Positions 35,914 to 46,200 of a stretch of DNA of 64,000 nucleotides are shown here, piece after piece. The stretch lies in the IMG/VR virus record IMGVR_UViG_3300043409_000928, positions 62,001-126,000 of that record; one strand, written 5' to 3'. A model generated the notes under the pieces. That model did not search any database and had not been told where the DNA came from. It worked only from the letters and a program-made list of their open reading frames with translations. Position 1 is the first letter of the stretch. The number at the start of each line of letters is the position of its first letter. Made by a program: the position numbers and the translations under genes.

Positions 35914-37253
35914 TGGCACAGTCATATTTTTATGATCAACAAATTAGACGTTGGTTACTACAGTTTATGCGACTGTTTGGTGGCTACTCTGTTAAGATGG
36001 GCAAAGATTCAAATGGCAATGATTCTTATCATCAGGTACCGGTGCGCTACGGTGATACAACTCGTATGAGTCAACATATTTTACGCAAGAACAGTGAGAA
36101 CACAATACTAAGCGTGCCTGCAATCAGTTGCTACATTGCAGAACTGTTGCCAAATGCCGAGCGCAGAATTAGTCCAACTTACCAAGATACTGTTCAAGTT
36201 TTTGAAAAGTCATATGACGCCGCTTCAGGAACTTACCAAGATCAAGTTGGCGAAACCTATAGTCTAGATCGACATAGCCCAATACCATATGACTTGACAA
36301 TCAATGTGGACATTTGGACCAGTAACACAGAACAGAAATTACAATTGCTTGAACAAATTTTATTATTGTTCAACCCAAGCGTTAACTTACAAAGCAGTCA
36401 AAATCCCTATGACTGGACCAGTTTGGCAGTTGTTGAGCTTATTAACATTACATGGACTGCTCGTAGTATTCCGCAAGGCACTGATGACATTATTGATGTG
36501 GCAAGTTTAATTTTTCAACTTCCTATATTTTTAACACCACCTGCCAAAATTAAACGACAAGTGCTTATCCATAGCATCATTAATAATGTTGGTGCAGACT
36601 ATGGATTTATTGATGACATTATTATCAATGGCAACTTCCAGGGTAGACAATGGATTACATTTGAGGATCGTCACATTAAAGTTACTGGAGATTATATACA
36701 GCTATTGTCACGCACCAACAGTGCAGTAGATGGGCAAACTGGCAACAATCTAAGCTGGAAAGACCATTTTAAAAATTATGGTGGAATTAATAATGGTATT
36801 ACAGAAATTAGATTAAAGCTTGGTGATCTCTCTGATCCACAGGAAGTAATTTTAAGAGTTGTAGAAGTTGTGGCCAATGAAAATGTTTTAAGTTTTACAA
36901 TGGACAACTCAACATTGCCCAACGATACTATTGCAATGATTAATGGTGTAGTAAATCCCACCACAGGTGTTCCTGGTAACGGTAACATTCCTGCAGTAAG
37001 TGCAGGACAGCGTTACTTGTTGACTGCTGGCGTTGTACAAACTGGTCAATGGGGTTCTGTAGTTGCAGAAGAAAATGATATAATTGAATACAACGGCAGT
37101 GACTGGATTGTGAGCTTTGATGCCAGTGCTGTAAATACCACTGCCTATACTACAAATGCAAATACTATGAAGAAACTTTTCTTTACTGGAACCGATTGGG
37201 TGCTGGCAGTAGAAGGTCTCTTTGAGCAGGGCTACTGGCGAATTGTTAACTAA
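35913..37253 (+). CDS. gp15: Tail terminator/sheath stabiliser, gp15-like with C-terminal extension
   Basis: YFYDQQIRR, VPVRYG, PIPYDLTINVDIWT, QLLEQILLLFNP. Confidence 0.8.
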   Translation: MAQSYFYDQQIRRWLLQFMRLFGGYSVKMGKDSNGNDSYHQVPVRYGDTTRMSQHILRKNSENTILSVPAISCYIAELLPNAERRISPTYQDTVQVFEKSYDAASGTYQDQVGETYSLDRHSPIPYDLTINVDIWTSNTEQKLQLLEQILLLFNPSVNLQSSQNPYDWTSLAVVELINITWTARSIPQGTDDIIDVASLIFQLPIFLTPPAKIKRQVLIHSIINNVGADYGFIDDIIINGNFQGRQWITFEDRHIKVTGDYIQLLSRTNSAVDGQTGNNLSWKDHFKNYGGINNGITEIRLKLGDLSDPQEVILRVVEVVANENVLSFTMDNSTLPNDTIAMINGVVNPTTGVPGNGNIPAVSAGQRYLLTAGVVQTGQWGSVVAEENDIIEYNGSDWIVSFDASAVNTTAYTTNANTMKKLFFTGTDWVLAVEGLFEQGYWRIVN

Positions 37254-37263
37254 CTATTAGATA

Positions 37264-37698
37264 ATGAGAGCAGTTGGCGCACTAATCGTAAGTGAAAAAA
37301 CAAAAAGAGTTTTGATGCAACTCCGTAGTCCTACCGAAACACATGCTATGTGTTGGGGACTGTGGGGCGGAAGACTTGACGGCGAAGAGGGTGACCTCAA
37401 TGGACTAAAGCGCGAACTATGCGAAGAGCTTGGATATCCTGGTGTACCTGATACTATTGCAATGAGTCATGTGTATACATTTACTACCAAAGATAAAAGA
37501 TTCAGGCACGTAAGTTATCTAATTTTATGCAAGGAAGAATTTATTCCTACCATTGATGATGAAAGCGCAGGATATTGCTGGGTCAACTTGTGGGAATGGC
37601 CTGCGCCATTGCATCGTAATACTGCAAAAATGTTTAGTAGTCGAGGATTTAAAACTGCATTGGAAGGACTGTTGAATGTTAAAACTAATCCGACCTAA
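37264..37698 (+). CDS. NUDIX hydrolase
   Basis: Complete Nudix box G-x5-E-x7-RELCEELG. Confidence 0.9.
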   Translation: MRAVGALIVSEKTKRVLMQLRSPTETHAMCWGLWGGRLDGEEGDLNGLKRELCEELGYPGVPDTIAMSHVYTFTTKDKRFRHVSYLILCKEEFIPTIDDESAGYCWVNLWEWPAPLHRNTAKMFSSRGFKTALEGLLNVKTNPT

Positions 37699-38101
37699 GC
37701 CAAGTTCTATTGTTTACAGTGGGCCGCATTATCAACTAGAATTCCAACATTGTTGGGCGCCGTGGCTTAATAATCCGTTGCTGAACAAACTTTATAAAAA
37801 TTCAGTTTGCTATTCTGAACGATGGTACCTTGAAACACGCCGACTAATTAATGACGGGCTCTGGTATCATCCGCTACTAAACAGTATTATAAAAGATCCT
37901 GATATGAAAACTTTACTGGTTAAGAGTACAGTTATCGACGGTGCAATGTTAAGGAGTGTTATACAAAACGAAAGCTATCCAGAGTTTCATATTTCTGCTG
38001 GTATTAATCTTAAAAAGATAAACCGATGGTGTTCGTTTTTTGTTAGTCTACCTGATTCACTAGAAATTCTTGTATCCCTAAGTGCCCAATCTGTCGACTA
38101 A
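37676..38101 (+). CDS. Hypothetical protein, 141 aa
   Basis: Continues the plus-strand operon. Its 3' end overlaps the convergent glycosyltransferase gene. Confidence 0.55.
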   Translation: MLKLIRPKPSSIVYSGPHYQLEFQHCWAPWLNNPLLNKLYKNSVCYSERWYLETRRLINDGLWYHPLLNSIIKDPDMKTLLVKSTVIDGAMLRSVIQNESYPEFHISAGINLKKINRWCSFFVSLPDSLEILVSLSAQSVD

Positions 38102-38702
38102 GATCTAAGTCACAGTATATATTGAATCCATTTTCTTTTAACAAATCGCAAAATCCCATATCTTCTCCGTGCCAGGTTGAACTCGGAGCATGCCATGCTA
38201 AAGGAAAATGAGGACTTGGCATGCTGTCGGCTATTACAGCCTTCATTAGTACACAACCAAAGCCGGTATATCTAATTTTTATCAACCCATGTCCAGTTGT
38301 ATCGACTGGTTCTACTGGATCAATATCAGCAAACGCTGTTGGATGGAAGGGTGGCACTCGCTTGGAGTAGGTTGCACATACCACATTCTTTTTGTGCTCT
38401 AGCAGTCTAACAATAACATCTTCAGGAAATGTCATGTCGCTATCAAACCACATGATGTGATCTGCGTCATGGTCGTTGATTGCAGTATCTAATAAGATCT
38501 GGCGTTGATTACTTAAAACCGTACCAGCATCCATGTCTAGCACTACAGGAATCCCACGAGATTCAGTATAGCGAATGGCATTGACCAAACAAAATGTAAA
38601 TGCAGAATGTACCATACCGTTGGTAGGTACGCATATTACAACCTGCTCGCTTAGTGTTGCTTCTGTGTTTTCAAAAAGACTTTTTGAACCGCTGCCAAAC
38701 AT
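38043..38702 (-). CDS. GT-A (family 2-like) glycosyltransferase
   Basis: IMWFDSDM (DxD), GFGCVL, GEDMGFC, IGH. Confidence 0.8.
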   Translation of the reverse strand: MFGSGSKSLFENTEATLSEQVVICVPTNGMVHSAFTFCLVNAIRYTESRGIPVVLDMDAGTVLSNQRQILLDTAINDHDADHIMWFDSDMTFPEDVIVRLLEHKKNVVCATYSKRVPPFHPTAFADIDPVEPVDTTGHGLIKIRYTGFGCVLMKAVIADSMPSPHFPLAWHAPSSTWHGEDMGFCDLLKENGFNIYCDLDLSRQIGHLGIQEFLVNQVD

Positions 38703-38703
38703 T

Positions 38704-39216
38704 TTATTCTTCTGACTCGGTGTTTACATTTCGTAGGTTGGCTTTTCTTTCAGCAATCCTTGTTACTTTGTTGATAACATTTAAAAAGCTTTGGCATTTA
38801 GTAATAGTTTCTTCGTACAATTCTGCTGGCAATTTTAACATTTGTCCCATGTTGTCAGTTGTCACTGCTTGACATATCGCCTCAACGGCCGAACGACGGG
38901 CTAGTTCTTCTACCCAGTAAGATGCTTCACCTTCTTCAATTGCTTTGGCCAAGTCGGTACCAATCTCAGTTTGTAACTCAACAATTTTAGTATTGACAGC
39001 ATTCATTTCTGCTAGAATTGCTTCTTTTTCCCAATCATTTGATACTTTTAAATATTCCGAATTTAAAAACTCAATGTCCTGGCAAAGAGTTACCAATAAG
39101 CGTGGTCCACCTTGTGTGTTGAATAGGAAATTTTCTCTTTCAAATGTTGTTCTATACGGCACTTGTTTTAACAAGTTGCGTACACTGTATAAAATTTCAT
39201 TTTGTTGTAATGGCAT
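38704..39216 (-). CDS. Hypothetical helical protein, 170 aa
   Basis: SD AGGAG. Confidence 0.7.
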   Translation of the reverse strand: MPLQQNEILYSVRNLLKQVPYRTTFERENFLFNTQGGPRLLVTLCQDIEFLNSEYLKVSNDWEKEAILAEMNAVNTKIVELQTEIGTDLAKAIEEGEASYWVEELARRSAVEAICQAVTTDNMGQMLKLPAELYEETITKCQSFLNVINKVTRIAERKANLRNVNTESEE

Positions 39217-39273
39217 GTAATTTGCTCCTTTGATACACTATGTATCATTTTTTATTCTTAAAAAATAACCAAA

Positions 39274-39297
39274 AGAAAAGGGCCGAAGCCCTTTTCT
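39274..39297 (-). terminator. Terminator of the fibre operon, cUUCGg loop
   Basis: AGAAAAGGGC-TTCG-GCCCTTTTCT on the minus strand. Confidence 0.88.
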
Positions 39298-39314
39298 AAT
39301 ATTACCTAATCAAA

Positions 39315-39509
39315 TTAGGTATCAGCATACGGTGTAGTTCTTAGTCCAAAAGTTGAACTTAAACCAACACTACCTGTTGAAATGCCTAGGTGGCCACCTA
39401 GTGTACCGCGCAAACTGATGTTTGAACCTGCACCAGGGGCTGAGTTAGAGTAACCTTTTTGTACTCGTCCCATTGTCATTGCTGATCCAGTTGCTGGAAG
39501 AATTGCCAT
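39315..39509 (-). CDS. Small G/S-rich fibre-associated protein, 64 aa
   Basis: MAILPATGSAMTMG start, SD GGAGG, directly after the fibre gene. Confidence 0.65.
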   Translation of the reverse strand: MAILPATGSAMTMGRVQKGYSNSAPGAGSNISLRGTLGGHLGISTGSVGLSSTFGLRTTPYADT

Positions 39510-39535
39510 TTTATTTGCCTCCTCTTTTCACTAGA

Positions 39536-42532
39536 TTAAAGTTCAGTTGTCGCTGAACCAGCCAACTTGGAAATTTCTGCTCTTAGAGCATCAATTTGTA
39601 GTTGTTGAGCTTTTACTGCTTCTAGCAATAGTGCTGTTAACTTATCGTACTTAACAGTCTTGTAACCAGCAAACGCACTGGCTGTTACCAACTGTGGCAA
39701 TACTGCTTCAACTTCTTGAGCAATAACACCAACTTCTTCTTTGTCAGTAATACCTAATGCCAACGCTGTTGCATTTGGACGGAAAGTAACACCACGCAAA
39801 CTCATTACCTTGGCAATTGGATCTGTAATTTCTACAATATCTTTCTTCAAGTTAATGTCTGAGTAGTAAGCTGTAACTTCACCAGTAGCTGTAATTGCAC
39901 CTGTTACTGATAATGCACCTGTTGATGCTGTGCCAAAACTGACATTAGAACCTGAACTATAAAAACCGTTGCCGTTAGTTAGTTGGTTATTATTAGTTAC
40001 ATTGGTAGCGCCTGCGGCAATACCATCTAACTTACTAGCGTATGTGCTTGTCATATAACCGTTAACTGCAGACGTTGCCGCTGCCATACTGATTACAGGA
40101 GCTGTCCCACCGCTTGATACTACAGGACCAGTCGCTGTAACACCAGTAACTGTACCTACGTTGGTTGTATAACCACTTGGGTTAGTACTGTTATAAGGTG
40201 TAAAGCCTAGACCTGTTGTAATTTGCCCACTTGTTAATGTGTTACCACTAATACTTGTTACTGTAGCGGCGTTACCAGTTGTAGAACCAGAACTACCAGT
40301 TACGTTACCTGTTACGTTACCTGTTACGTTACCTGTTAGTGCGGCTGAAATTGTACCGGCACTAAAGTTGCCACTTGCGTCACGGAAAACTATTGTACTG
40401 GCTGTGTTTAAGTTAGTAGCATTTGAAGTCACTGTAAAAGTTGCACCTTCTGAACTAGCACTTCCACTTAAACCACTACCTGATACTGCACCAGCCGCTA
40501 CATAGTTACCAGTTGTATCTGTGCCTAGTGCAACTGTATCACCAGCTACTGTAGCTGTCAATGTTACGTTAGCACTACCATCAATACTTACGCTACCAGA
40601 CAAGTCACCACCTAAGGTGATTGTGCGGGCTGTTGTCCACGCTGCCGCTGTAGTAGCTGTAGTAGCTGTACTTGCGTTACCTGTCAATGCGGCTGTAATT
40701 GTACCGGCTGCAAAATTACCACTTGCATCACGCAATACAATAGTTGAAGCTGTATTAGCACTTGCGGCTGTAGTAGTTGCACTATTAGCTTGGCTAGTAA
40801 TTGTACCTGCTGTAGTAGCAGATGTGGCTGTACTAGCATTACCTGTTAAAGCGCCAACAAATGTTGTTGATGTAACACTAGTTAAACCAGCCAATGTTGT
40901 TGAAGTTGCGCCCAGTGCAGTTGATGTTGAACCAATTGTTACTGTGCTGTTTGCCAACTTGGCATTAGCAATACTACCAGCTAACATTGCGTTTGTGACT
41001 GCTAAGGCAGAAATTGTAGACGCTGATGACACACTACCAGATCCATCAAATGCCAAACTGGTCCAAACTACATCACCGCTCATAGCAATAGTTCTTGCTG
41101 TTGCCAATGCTGTTGCTGTACTTGCGTTACCTGTCAATGCACCAGTAAAGCCAGTTGATGTAACACTAGTTAAACCAGCTAATGTGGTTGATGTTGCACC
41201 CAGTGCAGTTGATGTTGAACCAATTGTAACTGTTGTGTTGGTCAATGAGCTGTTAGGAATACTACCCAAGCTAAAAGCACCAGTTCCACTGCTGTAGGTG
41301 ATACCAGTTCCACTGCTACCACTTACTGATGCGCGAGCACGAGCCTGTGTAAAGTATTGGTTTGTTGAACCTTCTGTTAAGCCGTCAGTGTTAACTGCTA
41401 ATGGGTTGTATGTTGCGCCATCATTTGTAAATTGCCAAATGTCTGAACCTTCATTCCAACGAATTTGTACATTTGTGTCATCGCCACGCTCAACTTCAAT
41501 ACCAGCATTTTGACTTGCGGCACCTGTTGCATCACTGTTTAGCGTGATAATGTTGTCAGCCAAGTTAATTGTGTTTGAGTTAACACTTGTAGTTGTACCG
41601 CTAACTGTAAAGTCACCAGCAACTACTACACCACTGGCATTAACTGTCAATGCTGTTGAACCGTCAACTGTAACTGTTACAGTACCTGTACCGCTGTCAA
41701 CCACTGCAACACTTGAGTTACCTTGTGTGATACTGGTTGTGCTGATAGCACTAATGCTTGTATCAACATAAGTCTTTGTTGCCGCATCATTGGCACTGCT
41801 TGGAACACCTAGACCAATAACTTTGTTACCGTTCATTTCGATGCTGTCACCAAAGTTAACTTTGATACCTGCGCTGTCAGTAATGTTCTTACCGGCTGCG
41901 ATTTGCAATGTACCGTCAATGTTGATGTTTGTTGAGCTTGAACCCAACTGTAAAATACCTGCGCCAAGTGTTTTGATACGGATGTTTTGATCTGCATCAG
42001 CACTGAATGTAATTGTACCGGTATCGTCTTCTAGAACTTTACTACCGTTAACATACAAAGAACCTGGACCAACGTAAATATCTTTCCATTGCTTTGCGGC
42101 ACTACCTAAGTCATAGGTAATGTCTGCACTTGGAATGATACTACCAGCAATACTGCTGATACCACCGGTCAATGTTAAACCAGCAAATGCTGGAGTTGCG
42201 CTTGTTGCAATGTTTTGTGATGTTGCAATAACACCAGTTGAACTGCTATAACTAATACCTGTACCTGCACTGACTGCACTTCTTGCACGGGCTGTGGTGT
42301 GGTATTCAGCTGAACCTTCTGCTACGCTATCTGTCGTTAAGACCACAGTTCCTGTAGAACCGTTGACGCTTTTAACTGCGCCAATTTCAATAACTGCCGC
42401 GGTGCCATCATCTTTCTTGATGAAGATTTTACCATCGTATGTATTGATACCAATTTCGCCTAATGCCAACTGCCCAGTTGTTGGTACCTTCGCTGGTGTT
42501 GCACTACGCTTTAAAATGATTGTATTTGCCAT
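39536..42532 (-). CDS. Tail fibre with C-terminal S74-type intramolecular chaperone
   Basis: Mtd-N-like start (IILKRS...LGEIGINTYDGKIF). YYSDINLKKDI...GVIAQEVEAVLP...VKYDKL at the C-terminus. Confidence 0.88.
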   Translation of the reverse strand: MANTIILKRSATPAKVPTTGQLALGEIGINTYDGKIFIKKDDGTAAVIEIGAVKSVNGSTGTVVLTTDSVAEGSAEYHTTARARSAVSAGTGISYSSSTGVIATSQNIATSATPAFAGLTLTGGISSIAGSIIPSADITYDLGSAAKQWKDIYVGPGSLYVNGSKVLEDDTGTITFSADADQNIRIKTLGAGILQLGSSSTNINIDGTLQIAAGKNITDSAGIKVNFGDSIEMNGNKVIGLGVPSSANDAATKTYVDTSISAISTTSITQGNSSVAVVDSGTGTVTVTVDGSTALTVNASGVVVAGDFTVSGTTTSVNSNTINLADNIITLNSDATGAASQNAGIEVERGDDTNVQIRWNEGSDIWQFTNDGATYNPLAVNTDGLTEGSTNQYFTQARARASVSGSSGTGITYSSGTGAFSLGSIPNSSLTNTTVTIGSTSTALGATSTTLAGLTSVTSTGFTGALTGNASTATALATARTIAMSGDVVWTSLAFDGSGSVSSASTISALAVTNAMLAGSIANAKLANSTVTIGSTSTALGATSTTLAGLTSVTSTTFVGALTGNASTATSATTAGTITSQANSATTTAASANTASTIVLRDASGNFAAGTITAALTGNASTATTATTAAAWTTARTITLGGDLSGSVSIDGSANVTLTATVAGDTVALGTDTTGNYVAAGAVSGSGLSGSASSEGATFTVTSNATNLNTASTIVFRDASGNFSAGTISAALTGNVTGNVTGNVTGSSGSTTGNAATVTSISGNTLTSGQITTGLGFTPYNSTNPSGYTTNVGTVTGVTATGPVVSSGGTAPVISMAAATSAVNGYMTSTYASKLDGIAAGATNVTNNNQLTNGNGFYSSGSNVSFGTASTGALSVTGAITATGEVTAYYSDINLKKDIVEITDPIAKVMSLRGVTFRPNATALALGITDKEEVGVIAQEVEAVLPQLVTASAFAGYKTVKYDKLTALLLEAVKAQQLQIDALRAEISKLAGSATTEL

Positions 42533-42589
42533 CTGAGTATATACTCCCTTATGTTAGCGTATGAGTGATCGATTCATACGCTTCAGGAC

Positions 42590-42595
42590 TATTTA
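42590..42595 (-). promoter_or_regulatory. Late promoter TAAATA of the fibre gene
   Basis: The leader carries a 9-bp hairpin (AGCGTATGA/TCATACGCT) and SD GGGAG. Confidence 0.7.
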
Positions 42596-42657
42596 CCCAA
42601 AATCTCTTTTAATTGCCTGTTACGGTCTAAAATACCACATGTAATAATTGTGTAATA

Positions 42658-43158
42658 TTAAAACTCACCACCATCAACACTGATGTCTGTGGCCACAATA
42701 GAGTCAATTTGTCCTGTATCAGTCAGCGTGATCGCCAGAGTCTTTGAAGAATTTCCATATACGCCTGATATATCAACTGGTCCAATTCTACTTTCTTTGG
42801 AAAATGTGATACTTGTAGCACCAGGATTGATGGTGCCTGTGGTAATTAATACCCAGGTCGTTTTTGCATAGGTGTTTCCTTCTTCAATGTAAATTCGTGT
42901 GCCAGCGGTTAAATCACCAGACGAATCAGCATCCTTGGCTCGATAAAGTTTTGAATCACTGGATAACCACTCGTATATGCCGTTTTGAGTGGCTACCGTC
43001 TGGCCGGCCAATAGAACTCGATCATTATCGTTTAAGGTGACCCCGTCAATGATAGTCACTGCGTTGGCCAGAGTCAGCGGTGTTCGAAGTGCAACACGGG
43101 CACTATCTTTGTAGTCAGTTACGGCACTGACAAATTGTTTACCACGAAATATTGGCAT
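42658..43158 (-). CDS. Fibre-like structural protein, 166 aa
   Basis: IDGVTLNDNDRVLLAGQT..TQNGIY motif. TAAATA at 43194-43199. Confidence 0.65.
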   Translation of the reverse strand: MPIFRGKQFVSAVTDYKDSARVALRTPLTLANAVTIIDGVTLNDNDRVLLAGQTVATQNGIYEWLSSDSKLYRAKDADSSGDLTAGTRIYIEEGNTYAKTTWVLITTGTINPGATSITFSKESRIGPVDISGVYGNSSKTLAITLTDTGQIDSIVATDISVDGGEF

Positions 43159-43225
43159 TATTGAGCAAAATCCTATGCTTCTTAGCGACAGCTTATTTAG
43201 TAGATCAAGTAAATGCAGTCATTAG

Positions 43226-43255
43226 AAAAGGGTGCAAGTTTCCTTGCACCCTTTT
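43226..43255 (-). terminator. Terminator with GNRA loop
   Basis: AAAAGGGTGCAAG-GAAA-CTTGCACCCTTTT on the minus strand. Confidence 0.88.
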
Positions 43256-43282
43256 GTGACTAAAATTAGATTTTATTCTAAA

Positions 43283-46200
43283 TTAGTATACACCACCATC
43301 AATTGAACTTGATTCGTTTAGAACACCACCAGCTGTCAAGCTAGAAGTAGAGCTTACACGAACAAAGATATAATCGCCATCTGCAGGAGCTTCAGTCATA
43401 ACAATACTTGATACACTACTAGCTGTGACAAGTGTGTAAGAGTATGTAGGTGCTTGGATTAAACCGTTAATAAACACTTGCGTGTTATCAATTGAGCTTA
43501 CTTCAACACCTGTACTGAATGATGTAGTTGAACCGTTACCAGTGAAGTTTAATGTTGTGGCTGTAACAGCAATGTTCTGTGGAACAAAGTTAGAAAGCGC
43601 ACTAGACCAAACCAATGTGTAACCATCTTGCAAACCACTTGTTAAATCAACATCAGACAATGCACCAACGCTGGCGGCTGCAATACGAGCATCTGCACGA
43701 TTATTCGTGTAATACAAGTTAACTGCACCTTCATCAATTGCATCAGTGGTTGGTGTTACAAAGGTAAACACACCAGTTGCACTGTTGTAGGCTAAGATAT
43801 TAGCATCATCTGATGTTAATGTAATAGCTGAACGAGCCTGAGCATTTGTAAACCATTTGTTTGTACGACCAACATCAGAGATGTCATCACTTGTCAATAC
43901 AACAACGCCTGTTTGTGAGTTAACACTATGAACTGCGGCCAATGTACTGATAACACCAGTACTTGCATCATATACAATGTTACTACCGTTGCTGATGCTG
44001 TTACGAGCACGAGTTGTTGTGAAGTACTGGTTAGTTGCGCCTTCTACTACATCATCTGTAGTTGAATTAGCCAAGTTGAATACAAATACACCAGTTGCAC
44101 TGTCATATGACAATACTGAGTTTTTGCTTGTGGTCAAACTAACAGCGCCTCTGGCACGAGTATTAGTAAAGTATTGGTTAACTGGTGAAGCACCTTCTGC
44201 TACATCATCAGTAACCAATGAGTAACTGGCTCCCAATGCAATAGCATGACCGTTAACTGTAACTCCACTATTTGTCAAACTTGCATTTGGAATACTTGCA
44301 AGAGCAATAACACCAGTTGCTGAGTCATATGTAGCACCGCTTGCTGTTGTTGCGCTTAGGGCTTGACGAATATTTGCATCTGTCACTTTGGCGTATGTGA
44401 ATACACCTGCGGCATAAGTCAAATCACCCCAACCAGTACCACTTGTTGCGGCACTAAAGTGGGCGCGAGCTTCTGTAGCACTTGGACCTGTGTATGTAAA
44501 TGCACCAGTTGCTGAGTCATATGCAAAACTGCCATCACCACCTGCATCGACTCCACTTAATGCACCACGAGCACGAGTATTTGTAAAGTACATTGTACCA
44601 CTTGTTACTGTTGCGGCTGGATCTTCTGTTAGGTCACTGGTGTCATGATTACTAATATCACTTACTTGTCCTGTTACATTACCAGTCAATGGTGCTGTTA
44701 CACCAGCAAAAGTAACACTAGAACCTGTGCCAACTGCTTGACCAATTGCAACAGATGTACCAGTTACTGTAACGCCTGTACCAGCGGTAACCACTGTAAT
44801 GTCAGCACTACCATTGAAGCTTACGCCTTGAATATTACGGGCAGTTGCCAATGTTGTTGTTGTGGTTGCGTTACCAGTTAAGTCGCCGGTTACATTGCCT
44901 GTAACATTGCCTGTAACATTGCCTGTTAGGTTACCAGTAAATGTCGGAGCAGTCAATGTAGTTGTTACACTTAAACCACCTGTAATCGCAACAGTCTTGT
45001 TGAAGTTCCAGCTATCTGTACCACTTGCGTATGTTAATGTTGCACTGGCACCATCAACTGTTAAACCAGCACCATTGGCAGCGGCTGCGTTCGCGGCTCC
45101 CTTGGCAACTGTGATGTTTAAGTCATTGATTTCAACTATAGTTGATTGAATAGATGTTAGTGTACCTTGAACTGTTAAGTCGCCGCTAACTGTTACATCA
45201 CCAAAAGTAACGTCACTTGTTGTACCAACTGCTTGACCAATTTCAAATACACCTGTACCAGCTGTGTATGTTACACCTGTACCACCACTAACGTCTGCAC
45301 GAGTGCGGGCTGTTGTGTAGTATAGGTTAGCGCCTTCTGTAAGATTGGTAGTTGACTTGGTAGCTAACTGAGTATCAAATCTTGCTGTTGTGTAGTATAG
45401 ATTTGAGCCTTCTGCAAGATTGGTAGTTGACTTGGTAGCAAGTCTTGTGTCCCATCGTGCATCTGTCAAGTACTTGTTAGTACCACCAACAGCTTCAGCA
45501 ATGTCATCAGCGTTTAGTGTTGCACTACCACCTAAGGCAATAACAGCACCGTTGACTGTGACTGAGCTGTTTGTCAAACTTGCATTTGGAATACTTGCAA
45601 GAGCAATAACACCAGTTGCTGAGTCATATGTAGCACCGCTTGCTGTTGTAGCACTTAAATTACCACGAACATCAGCGGCTGTTACTTTGGCAAATGTAAC
45701 TACACCAGTTGCTGAGTCATATGTTAATCCACCAAAGCCAGTACCACTTGTTGCGGCACTTAATGCTTGACGAATGTTTGCATCTGTTACTTTTGCATAA
45801 GTGAATACGCCTGCGGCATAAGTCAAATCACCCCAACCAGTACCACTTGTTGCGGCGCTTACGTGAGCACGAACTTCTGTAGCACTTGGACCTGTGTACG
45901 TCATTACACCAGTTGCTGAGTTGTATGCAAAACTGCCGTCACCGCCTACATCAACTGCACTCAGTGCGGCTTGAGCACGAGCATTTGTAAAGTACATTGT
46001 ACCACTTGATGCTGTTGCGGCTGGATCTTCTATGACATCAGTTGTATCTGGAGCAATAATGTCAATGACACCTGTTCCAGAAGTATAGCTTAGGTTAGCC
46101 CAACCTGTTGCACTAATTGAAGCACGGGCTCTTGCATCTGTATAATATAAGTTTGTACCTTCAGCAATATCAGTTGTTGATGGCATTACAAAAGTAAACA

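Noticed and set aside
40521-41297. 258-aa plus-strand ORF, and similar ones at 46404-47105, 55734-56435, 52186-52740 and 55284-55733
   Set aside because: Antisense shadows of G/A/T-rich genes with biased codon use. They have no promoter or SD and are V/A/P-rich mirror sequences.
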